Part shown: positions 10,200-17,810 of the stretch, in pieces
Layout: each line of letters begins with the position of its first letter
Numbering within the stretch: the stretch's first letter is position 1
Assembly (NCBI GenBank): GCA_039591655.1
Contig: JBDHDE010000061.1
Coordinates: 1 to 28,282 of the forward strand
DNA from: Gemmatimonadota bacterium
GTDB lineage: Bacteria; Gemmatimonadota; Gemmatimonadetes; Gemmatimonadales; GWC2-71-9
DNA length: 28,282 nt
Reading direction: 5' to 3'
Notes under the pieces: generated by a model
Databases searched by the model: none
The model's input: only the letters and a program-made list of their open reading frames with translations
What the model was told of the DNA's origin: nothing
Made by a program: the position numbers and the translations under genes

Positions 10200-10223
10200 C
10201 GCCCGGCGCGGGGCCGGGCGCTG
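10200..10223. repeat. GC-rich hairpin identical to the core of the 20654-20692 hairpin
   Basis: CGCCCGGCGCGGGGCCGGGCGCTG occurs here and within 20654-20692. Confidence 0.6.
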
Positions 10224-10291
10224 CAGGAGCTTCCTAGGGCCCGGTCGGCGCCTCCGCAAGTGCATACGCCTGTTGGGCCGCTGGCCTAGGC

Positions 10292-10480
10292 TCACTCGGT
10301 GCGTCGGCGAATGAAGATCGTGATCGCCGAGGAGAGGAGCCAGAACCCTCCTCCGATTCCCATGACCCCATACTCAGCCGGTGTACCACCGCCGAAGAAC
10401 TTGACGAAGCCCATCGCCATACCGAACAGTCCACCAAGGAAGAAGACCCATACCAGGATGCTGAGAAGGTTCTTATCCAC
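10292..10480 (-). CDS. Small (62 aa) two-TM membrane protein, hypothetical
   Basis: AGGAGGAG RBS before GTG start; two hydrophobic Gly-rich helices; basic C-terminus. Confidence 0.7.
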   Translation of the reverse strand: MDKNLLSILVWVFFLGGLFGMAMGFVKFFGGGTPAEYGVMGIGGGFWLLSSAITIFIRRRTE

Positions 10481-10581
10481 GACTCCTCCTTTGCTGGGTG
10501 ATTCGCGATCCGCGTGTCTACGAGACCCTGATTCTGCACCACCTGACGAGCGCTCGCCCGCGCCGGGCGCTTGGGGGTTTG

Positions 10582-10666
10582 GTGAGGAGCCGAATATACC
10601 CGAGAAACCTGATCCCGTAAGAGCGTTACCGGTCGGGACTTGGTTGCTGTGGTTAAGTAATGGGAT
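10582..10666 (-). repeat. About 85-bp second repeat family, copy A, abutting att-like copy 4
   Basis: AATATACCCGAGAAACCTGATCCCGTAAGAGCG..GGTCGGGA.TTGGTTGCTGTGGTTAAGTAATGGGAT matches 17477-17559. Confidence 0.75.
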
Positions 10667-10669
10667 GAG

Positions 10670-10751
10670 CGAACCAGGACTCTTCTGATCCAGAGCGTCG
10701 CCGCTAGGGGACTCAAACCCGGCAGAATGTCACACTAAACGCGGGTTCGTG
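10670..10751 (-). repeat. att-like repeat copy 4 (T-loop to anticodon loop plus half arm)
   Basis: CGAACCAGGACTCTTCTGATCCAGAG-cgtcgccgctaggggactcaaacccggcagaatgtcacactaaacgcgggttcgtg. Confidence 0.85.
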
Positions 10752-10957
10752 CGGAGTGACGAGGGGGCGATCACCGGGCTTCGGGTCTCGAACGACCGGA
10801 CCCGCGGCGTGATGTTTGAGAGGATGCCGTAGGGCCGCGGCGTGGCGCCTCGTACAGCGCTCCGCCGCGGGGGGCAACCGCTCCGGACGGCTCCGCCCTT
10901 GATCAGGACTCTCGGACCGGGTTATCTACAGCCCTCGCCCTTTCCCAGAGGAGCCCG

Positions 10958-12214
10958 ATGAGAACAAGCCTCCGCTTGACCGCCGCCCTGCTCTGCTGTG
11001 CCGCGCCGCTCGCGCAGGCGCAAACGACCGTCGTGCGGGCGGACCGGATGCTCGACGTCGAGTCGGGCCGGATCGTGTCCAACGCGGTCGTCGTGATCGA
11101 AGGGGGGCGCATCAGCCGGGTGGGCGGCGCCGTCCCCACCGGCGAGTCCGTGATCGACCTCGGCGACGTCACGCTGCTGCCGGGGCTCATGGACGCCCAC
11201 ACCCACCTCGGATACGACCTGGAGAGCGACTGGGTGAACCAGCCGGTCAAGGAGACCGCCGCCGACGTGGCACTCCGCGGGGCCCGGAACGCGAAGCGCA
11301 CGCTCATGGCCGGTTTCACCACCGTGCGCGAGGTGGGATCGACCGGCTTCGCCGACATCGCCCTCATGCACGCCATCGAGCAGGGCCTGGTCGAGGGCCC
11401 CCGCATGATCCCCGCCGGGCACGCGCTGGGCATTACCGGCGGTCACTGTGACGTGACCGGCTTCGCGCCGGGCATCGTCGAGACCGGGCCGGAGCAGGGG
11501 ATCGCCGACGGGCCGGAGGGCGTGCTGCGCGCCCTACGCTACCAGGTCAAGCACGGGGCCCGGGTCATCAAGATCTGCGCGACGGCTGGTGTCCTGTCCT
11601 TCGAGGGCCCGGTGGGGGCCCAGCAGTTCTCCGACGAGGAGATGCGCGCCATCGTCGAGGAGGCCGATCGCCATGGGCTGCGCGTGGCCGCCCACGCACA
11701 CGGCACCGACGGCATCAAGGCCGCGGTGCGCGCCGGCGTGGCGTCGATCGACCACGGATCGATGCTCGACGACGAGGCGATCGCGCTCATGCGCGAGCGC
11801 GGTACCTACCTGGTGCCGACGTCGTACCTGGCGGGGGCCATCGACTACGAGCAGCTTCCGCCGCCGATCCGGGCCAAGGCCGAGTACGTGCTGCCACGGG
11901 CGCGGGAGAGCTTGCGGCGTGCAATCGCGGCCGGCGTGAACATCGCGTTCGGCACCGACGCCGGGGTCTTCCCGCACGGCCACAACGCCCGCGAGTTCGC
12001 GGTGCTGGTGGCCCAGGGAATGACGCCGCTCCAGGCGGTCCGCAGCGCGACGCTCGCCACCGCCGACCTCTTCGGCGTGAACGACCGGGGGCGCATCGCC
12101 GAGGGACAGCTCGCCGATCTCATCGCGGTGCGCGGCAACCCGCTCGAAGACGTGACCGTGCTCGAGGAGGTGGTCTTCGTGATGAAGGGAGGTGTGGTGT
12201 ACAAGCGGCCGTAG
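10958..12214 (+). CDS. Metal-dependent amidohydrolase (Xaa-Pro dipeptidase-like subgroup), secreted
   Basis: LLPGLMDAHTH, IKICATAGV, AAHAHG, IDHG, FGTDAGV, G..ADLIAV motifs; signal peptide; GAGGAG RBS. Confidence 0.9.
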   Translation: MRTSLRLTAALLCCAAPLAQAQTTVVRADRMLDVESGRIVSNAVVVIEGGRISRVGGAVPTGESVIDLGDVTLLPGLMDAHTHLGYDLESDWVNQPVKETAADVALRGARNAKRTLMAGFTTVREVGSTGFADIALMHAIEQGLVEGPRMIPAGHALGITGGHCDVTGFAPGIVETGPEQGIADGPEGVLRALRYQVKHGARVIKICATAGVLSFEGPVGAQQFSDEEMRAIVEEADRHGLRVAAHAHGTDGIKAAVRAGVASIDHGSMLDDEAIALMRERGTYLVPTSYLAGAIDYEQLPPPIRAKAEYVLPRARESLRRAIAAGVNIAFGTDAGVFPHGHNAREFAVLVAQGMTPLQAVRSATLATADLFGVNDRGRIAEGQLADLIAVRGNPLEDVTVLEEVVFVMKGGVVYKRP

Positions 12215-12273
12215 CTTCCACTGGCCGTCACCGCCCGATGTAGATGTAGCGGCGGCTGGCGGCTGGAGCGACA

Positions 12274-12303
12274 GTCGGGACGGCGGGATTTGAACCCGCG
12301 GCC
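12274..12303 (-). other. tRNA 3'-end fragment, probably tRNA-Pro (att-type scar)
   Basis: Minus strand GGCC-GCGGG-TTCAAAT-CCCGC-CGTCCCG-AC = T arm plus acceptor strand ending CCG-A; rest of tRNA absent. Confidence 0.65.
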
Positions 12304-12595
12304 AGCGCAAACCACACGTCAACCTCCACGAGCGAATCGATGAAGGGCTACGGCGGCAGGGCCCTACCGTGTACGGTGTCGCAAATCACAGCCGGGTCTG
12401 CCGATCCATCCTTAGCTTCTGATTTCGAGGTCTCGGGCTTAATGCTAGCAGCCGCTGATGACGAGAATCTGCCCGGTCCGCGCCGAATCCTCATCTGCAT
12501 ACCCGAAGCCTAGGTCAACCGTCTGTGCCTGATCACGTCGCATTGATGATCCATCTTCTATTGCAGGACGATCCGGAGCCCGACCGAGATTCCCG

Positions 12596-14491
12596 ATGAC
12601 CTCCATAGAGCAACCACTGGATCCCCAGTTCTTCGCACTGCAGGAGGCGCTTGCGGGGAAGTACTCCCTGGAGGCGGAGATCGGTCGTGGCGGGATGGGG
12701 ATTGTCTACCTGGCGCAAGACGTCCGGCTGGACCGGCCCGTGGCTTTGAAGGTTCTGCCGCAGCGACTCTCGAGCAACCCGGATCTGCGTGAACGTTTTC
12801 TGCGAGAGGCGCGCACGGCGGCCAAGCTGTCACATCCGAACATCGTTCCCATCTTCGCCGTCGATGAAGTCGGCCAGTTCGTCTACTTCGTCATGGGGTA
12901 CGTGGCTGGGGAGACTCTAGGACATCGCGTCCAGAACCGGGGGCCCCTGCCACCGTCGGACGGAGCACGCCTCCTCAAGGAGCTGGGCTGGGCGCTGGCC
13001 TACGCGCACTCGCAAGGCGTCATCCACCGCGATGTCAAGCCCGACAATATCCTGTTGGAAGAGGAAACCGGTCGCGCGCTGGTGGCGGATTTCGGCATCG
13101 CCGGCCTCCTCGCGGGGGCCGATGCCACCGGCGTCGGAGAGATCATCGGCACGGCCGAGTTCATGAGCCCCGAGCAAGCGCGGGGCCAAGGCGTGGATGC
13201 ACGGAGTGATACGTACTCAATGGGGGTGGTGGGATTCTACGCGCTCTCAGGGACGCTGCCCTTCCACAACGAGCGTGCTGCCGAAGTGTTGAGGCAGCAT
13301 CGGGAAGATCCGCCAGCGCCGTTGAAGACCGTCGCTCCGCACGTGCCGAGCCGCTTAGCAAGATGCGTAGACAGGTGTCTGGCGAAGGAGCCCGGCGCGC
13401 GTTTCGAGACGGCCGCGGCCTTCTCCGAAGCGGTGGACGCGGCCATGCGTGAGCGGCGTGACGTGCCTGCCCCGGTCCGCAATTTCATCAAGGACCCGAT
13501 CGACTTGCCCGGCGACGGCGTTGCCTACTTCGTGTTCTCGATCGCAATGGTCTCGCCGGCGGTGGGGATTTGGCTCTCGGAAGGAGGAAGCTTGAGCGTT
13601 ATTGCCGCCTTCGCGGCGATCTACGGCTCCCTGATCCTTTCACCACCGCTAGCGCTCGCAACACATCGCATCCGGAGGTTACTGGCTTCGGGACATACTC
13701 AGACAGATCTCATAGCCGCTCTGCGAACCGAAGTGGAACGCCGGCGTGAGGAATTGGCCTACAGCCACGGCGTCGAGCCATCCTCGGCGGAGAAGACCGC
13801 GTTCCGAGTGGCCGCGGTAGCGGGAGGTGGCCTCGTGGCAAGTTTCGCTTCCTTCTTTGGATTGCTTCCACCTACGGATGTATTGGCGTGGACTTTTCCG
13901 GTTTCCGTGTTAGCCGGCGCCGTATCGCTGTCGATCGGCACCACGCTCAGGGCGCGACGTATCGACTCCAAAGCCGAGCGTCGCTTCAAGTTCTGGAAGG
14001 GCAGATTCGCTAAATGGCTCTTCAAGGTGGCCGGCATCGGGCTCAGGAAGAAGGCCCTCCCCATGCGGCCTACGCATCGTCCCACCGAACTGCAAATCGG
14101 CTTTGCCGTGGACGCATTGTACGAACAACTCCCCAAAGCGCTTCGCTCCGGCCTGGGTGACGTGCCATCGGTGGTCCGGCATCTGGAAGCCGACGCTCAG
14201 AAGCTTCGGCAGACACTCGAGATGTTGAACGACGCGCATGCGGCAGCACAAGCGGCAGGAGACGGGATTCCTGCCGATCTGCAGGATGCGCGGGAAACCA
14301 CCGAGAAACACCTGGCAGAGGCTGTCGCCTCCTTGGAGACCATTCGCCTCGGATTGTTACGCCTGACGGCTGGTACGGGGACCGTCGAGGGTCTTACGAC
14401 CGATCTGGCCGCGGCCGCCGACGTGGGAGATGAGATCAACCGACTGATGACGGGGATGGCGGACGTGGAATTGCTGTTGCGGCCCACATGA
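12596..14491 (+). CDS. Hanks-type Ser/Thr protein kinase with multi-TM region and C-terminal helical/coiled-coil domain
   Basis: GRGGMGIV, VALKVL, HRDVKPDN, DFG, GTAEFMSPEQ; about four hydrophobic segments; helical C-terminus. Confidence 0.9.
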   Translation: MTSIEQPLDPQFFALQEALAGKYSLEAEIGRGGMGIVYLAQDVRLDRPVALKVLPQRLSSNPDLRERFLREARTAAKLSHPNIVPIFAVDEVGQFVYFVMGYVAGETLGHRVQNRGPLPPSDGARLLKELGWALAYAHSQGVIHRDVKPDNILLEEETGRALVADFGIAGLLAGADATGVGEIIGTAEFMSPEQARGQGVDARSDTYSMGVVGFYALSGTLPFHNERAAEVLRQHREDPPAPLKTVAPHVPSRLARCVDRCLAKEPGARFETAAAFSEAVDAAMRERRDVPAPVRNFIKDPIDLPGDGVAYFVFSIAMVSPAVGIWLSEGGSLSVIAAFAAIYGSLILSPPLALATHRIRRLLASGHTQTDLIAALRTEVERRREELAYSHGVEPSSAEKTAFRVAAVAGGGLVASFASFFGLLPPTDVLAWTFPVSVLAGAVSLSIGTTLRARRIDSKAERRFKFWKGRFAKWLFKVAGIGLRKKALPMRPTHRPTELQIGFAVDALYEQLPKALRSGLGDVPSVVRHLEADAQKLRQTLEMLNDAHAAAQAAGDGIPADLQDARETTEKHLAEAVASLETIRLGLLRLTAGTGTVEGLTTDLAAAADVGDEINRLMTGMADVELLLRPT

Positions 14492-14505
14492 ACACAGTGA
14501 GAAGA

Positions 14506-14538
14506 TTGCCCCGCCTGGGATCGAACCAAGACTCTTCT
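14506..14538 (-). repeat. att-like repeat copy 5 (tRNA-Gln 3' part only)
   Basis: TTGCCCCGCCTGGGATCGAACCAAGACTCTTCT, diverging before the anticodon loop. Confidence 0.8.
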
Positions 14539-14581
14539 CACCCTGGCCCTCGACCGCATCAGGCATGGTTCAGGCCAGAAC

Positions 14582-14944
14582 TCATCGATCCGACCAGACC
14601 GCCAATTCATTTCCACTCGGATCGGTGAAGTGAAAGCGCCGCCCACCCGGAAACTCGAATACCTGCCGGACGATCTGTCCGATCTGTCCTCCGCTCTCTC
14701 TGATTCTGGCTTCGACCTCCTCCAGGTTAGTGGCATAGAGCACGACTAGTGGGCCGCCTGTTGCGACTTCCGACGCTACACTAAAACCACCGCCCAGTCG
14801 ACCGTCGGTGAAGCTCGTATAATCTGGACCGTAGTCAGTAAACTCCCAACCGAAGACCCGTGAGTAAAACCTCTTGGTCTCCTCAATGTTTGTGCTCAGA
14901 AACTCTATGTAATCCACACGACGGTCCTGTTCTGCTTGGCTCAT
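14582..14944 (-). CDS. VOC/glyoxalase family protein
   Basis: VDYIEF..TKRFYSRVFGWEFTDYGPDY..FPGGRRFHFTDPSGNELAVWS; AGGAG RBS before ATG at 14944 (the ORF extends in frame to 15079). Confidence 0.9.
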   Translation of the reverse strand: MSQAEQDRRVDYIEFLSTNIEETKRFYSRVFGWEFTDYGPDYTSFTDGRLGGGFSVASEVATGGPLVVLYATNLEEVEARIRESGGQIGQIVRQVFEFPGGRRFHFTDPSGNELAVWSDR

Positions 14945-15204
14945 GAGTTCGTCTCTCCTAGAGGTCTCCGCAGCCTCGCCCGGGATGGTGTGCTGACCAC
15001 GGCCGGGACCTTCACCACATGCCAGGAGGGCAAGCATAATGCACGTTAGCGCATACCGAACGGTGACTGTTGACGCCATGATCGAGAGAACCCCCTTTTC
15101 ACTATATGGTGTTGTGACTGCGCGCTGTCTGGCTAACTAGTATTAGACTGAGTCATCCGTACAGCCCCACTACCAACTACTCCGTCACCTACTCCGGCAA
15201 TAGG

Positions 15205-15453
15205 CTATTGCTCCGCCATGGCACACGGCATGTACAGATGGATATGCGGCAAGAAGGCGCCCACCCTGGTGTCGACATCGGAATAGAGGATCAAGCGACG
15301 GACATCATGTGTGCCATCGCCTGCCGTTGCGGGAGCCCCGTGGCCCACCATCAGGTCCTGGTCTGTATTGTCCGCCAATGACCCTCCCAACGCTGTGGAC
15401 CGTGCCAATACTGAGACCGCGGCCTGACCCCGCAGGTTACACCGGCAGAGCAC
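15205..15453 (-). pseudogene. Possible degenerate gene fragment
   Basis: Short ORF with a protein-like tail (AFLPHIHLYMP) but no convincing start or RBS, next to repeat copy 6. Confidence 0.2.
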
Positions 15454-15529
15454 AGTAGTGAGGTGTCCCCCCAGAACGAAGAAACGCGACAGCAGCTAAG
15501 CCACCGTCGCGCATTCACTTCCCTCAGTC

Positions 15530-15658
15530 GCCCCGCCTGGGATCGAACCAGGACTTTTCTGATCCAGAGGGGCGACGCTAGGGGCCTCAAACCCGGTAGA
15601 ATGTCACTCTAAACGCGAGTTCGTGTCGTCCGGTGCCGGGGTTGTGACAAGATGTCGG
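15530..15658 (-). repeat. att-like repeat copy 6 (tRNA-Gln 3' half plus arm)
   Basis: GCCCCGCCTGGGATCGAACCAGGACTTTTCTGATCCAGAG-gggcgacgctaggggcctcaaacccggtagaatgtcactctaaacgcgagttcgtgtcgtcc.. Confidence 0.9.
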
Positions 15659-15660
15659 AC

Positions 15661-16239
15661 TCACGGGCAGTTCATCACGCTCGAGCCGTCGGGCGACATG
15701 AAGTAGCTGCAGTTGCCGTCGCCGCCGGTGCTGCCGAAAGGGGTCCGGCGCGTGTAGCCTCCGTACCCCCCTCCGGCGCCGCCGGCCTGGGCGGCGGCGG
15801 CCGCGATATTGAACAGGGCGGGGCCGCCCTCGGGGCCGCCGATACCCTGCCAGGTGAGCCAGTAGCGGCCGGGGATCGTGTAGCCGAAGAGCTGCTGCAG
15901 GTAGGCCGCCTCCAGCGGATGCAACTCGCGGCCGTTGAAGAAGATGTCCGTCCCGCCGCCCGACGCGTCGGACCGGAGCGGCCCTCCCAGCTCGAGGCCG
16001 GGCAGGATCTGGCCCTGCGTGGGGCCGCCCTCCATCCCCCATAGCCCGGAGACCCGGTCGTACCAGTACCGCCCCGCGGGAATCGGCGCCGCCTCAGGTA
16101 TACCCATCCGCTGCTGCAGGTCGCGTATCTCCTGCTGCGGCACCGGCTGGCCGTTCACATAGATGTCCTGCGCGGAAGCGGGGGAGCCGATGAGGAGGAG
16201 GGCGGACGGGATGAGAATGCTCGCTACCCTGGTTTGCAT
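15661..16239 (-). CDS. Secreted hypothetical protein with YVNG..GRYWYD..SGLWG..FNGREL motifs
   Basis: Signal peptide MQTRVASILIPSALLLIGSPASA; internal repeat of (V/F)NG..GRYW; Gly-rich tail with two Cys. Confidence 0.8.
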   Translation of the reverse strand: MQTRVASILIPSALLLIGSPASAQDIYVNGQPVPQQEIRDLQQRMGIPEAAPIPAGRYWYDRVSGLWGMEGGPTQGQILPGLELGGPLRSDASGGGTDIFFNGRELHPLEAAYLQQLFGYTIPGRYWLTWQGIGGPEGGPALFNIAAAAAQAGGAGGGYGGYTRRTPFGSTGGDGNCSYFMSPDGSSVMNCP

Positions 16240-16374
16240 GGCGAACCTTCCTGCTGGAAGGAGGACCGCTGAGGTGAGCGAAGGGCCAACATAGCCAGAC
16301 CGACCCGGCGCCCGCAAACCTGCAATGGGAGAACGGGCGGCCGGTGGCACAGAACTCACACAGCAACTCACACA

Positions 16375-16478
16375 CCCCCCTGAGATCGAACCAGGACTCT
16401 TCTGATCCAGAGGGGTGCCGCTAGGGGCCTCAGGAGAAAATGTCGTACCTTGTCGTCCTTCTGTGGCAAGAATGTCGT
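16375..16478 (-). repeat. att-like repeat copy 7 (tRNA part plus arm lacking the hairpin)
   Basis: GATCGAACCAGGACTCTTCTGATCCAGAG-gggtgccgctaggggcctca then TGTCG iterations. Confidence 0.85.
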
Positions 16479-16485
16479 TCTGCGT

Positions 16486-16860
16486 TCACCAGAGCGAGTT
16501 GATAATCGGGGCCGCTGGCGCTCCCATGACTGTGCACTTCTCCATCCACTTAACCACGTCTGGGAAGTCCTGCCAACTGGATTCCGCCTGCTGCATGTGG
16601 TCGGCCACACCGGCCTCGGTCTCGTAGACCTCGCTCAGGATGAAGCAGGTGTTCCCGGTCGGGGCAGAGTTGGGATCCATCGGGTTGGACAGCTGCGGCG
16701 CCTTGGACACGCTGTAGCTCAAGAGAGCCTTATCCCCGTCGCGGTGATGCGTAGCCTCCATCCAAGGCGCGTGGGTCCTGAAGAGGCGGTCACCCTCCTC
16801 CGCTTGATCCGGCGGGGCAACGATGAGGAGCATGAGCTGAATCTTGCCCTTGTGTGCCAT
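16486..16860 (-). CDS. Hypothetical protein (possibly dimeric alpha/beta barrel fold)
   Basis: AAGGAG RBS before MAHKGKIQL; 124 aa; FILSEVYETEAGVADH motif reminiscent of ABM-like barrels. Confidence 0.7.
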   Translation of the reverse strand: MAHKGKIQLMLLIVAPPDQAEEGDRLFRTHAPWMEATHHRDGDKALLSYSVSKAPQLSNPMDPNSAPTGNTCFILSEVYETEAGVADHMQQAESSWQDFPDVVKWMEKCTVMGAPAAPIINSLW

Positions 16861-16937
16861 GATACGTCTCCTTGTCTTGTTCGTTGGTGATGCAACGACC
16901 GTCGTCGATTTAGGAAAGTCGCAGTTTACGCGGCGGC

Positions 16938-17393
16938 CTAGAACAGCGCCGAGAAGTGATGATTCGCGAGACGCCACTTGCCATTGATCTTCACGATCGT
17001 CGTGCTCTCGCGACCACTCTGTGTTTCTGCTACGCCATCTTTCGAAACGGTAGTAAAGACGAAGTAGGCGTTACACAGGACGGTATCGCCGTTGTAGACG
17101 CGACACTCGGGATGCCGCTGCTCGTAGGCAGCCGACGCAAACGAGTCAAGGCCGCGGAGGAACGCCATCCAGCTCGCCTTTCCCACGAAACGAAGGGGCG
17201 TATACACACCGGTGTACGCCTCAAAGTCGTCCGCAACCAGTTGCTCGTAGGCGGCATAATCCCGCGCATTAAACGTGGCAATCGCCTGCTCCAAGACAGA
17301 GAATGCCTGATCGGCGTCTGAAACCTGTGCCGACGATGCGCCTGCAAATAAGGATGCGACCACAAACAGAAACGAGAGTGTGAAGGTCTTCAT
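16938..17393 (-). CDS. NTF2-like (SnoaL/DUF4440-type) secreted protein
   Basis: Signal peptide; FNARDYAAYEQLVADD; GRESTTIVKINGKWRLANHHFS. Confidence 0.85.
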   Translation of the reverse strand: MKTFTLSFLFVVASLFAGASSAQVSDADQAFSVLEQAIATFNARDYAAYEQLVADDFEAYTGVYTPLRFVGKASWMAFLRGLDSFASAAYEQRHPECRVYNGDTVLCNAYFVFTTVSKDGVAETQSGRESTTIVKINGKWRLANHHFSALF

Positions 17394-17476
17394 GAAACAA
17401 CCACTTCCTGTGAGATCACGTTGAGGTGCTGTGGACAGCAGTCCGGTATACAAGACCGGCTGCTATTGGCTGGTTA

Positions 17477-17559
17477 GTGAGCCGCCAAATATACACGAGA
17501 ACTTTGATCCCGTAAGAGCGCCTGGGTCGGGATTGGTTGCTGTGGTTAAGTGATGGGAT
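17477..17559 (-). repeat. About 85-bp second repeat family, copy B, shortly before att-like copy 8
   Basis: AATATACACGAGAACTTTGATCCCGTAAGAGCG..GGTCGGGATTGGTTGCTGTGGTTAAGTGATGGGAT matches 10582-10666. Confidence 0.75.
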
Positions 17560-17624
17560 CGCGCGCGGCCAGATGCCGCGACTATGTCGCCCCGGACACA
17601 CCTCGCAACGGTTTAGCGGCTGTC

Positions 17625-17773
17625 CTGATCCAGAGCGGCGCTCCTAAGGGCCCCAAACCCGGTAACTTGTCACTCTAAACGCGAGTTCGTGTCGTCCGTT
17701 GCCGGGTTTGAGTGACAAAGTGCCGCCTTATGACGGCACGTTGCGGCACAGATGTCGTGCTCTTACGTCCTTG
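17625..17773 (-). repeat. att-like repeat copy 8 (core plus full arm)
   Basis: CTGATCCAGAG core; CAAACCCGGTAAC..GTTGCCGGGTTTG inverted repeat; TTATGACGGCA..CAGATGTCG. Confidence 0.85.
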
Positions 17774-17810
17774 GTCGTTCACCGTCGCCGTGGCTCCCCC
17801 ACCGGCTCCG

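Noticed and set aside
14672..14689. 9-bp tandem duplication (GQI-GQI) in the VOC gene
   Set aside because: In-frame micro-duplication with no evident significance
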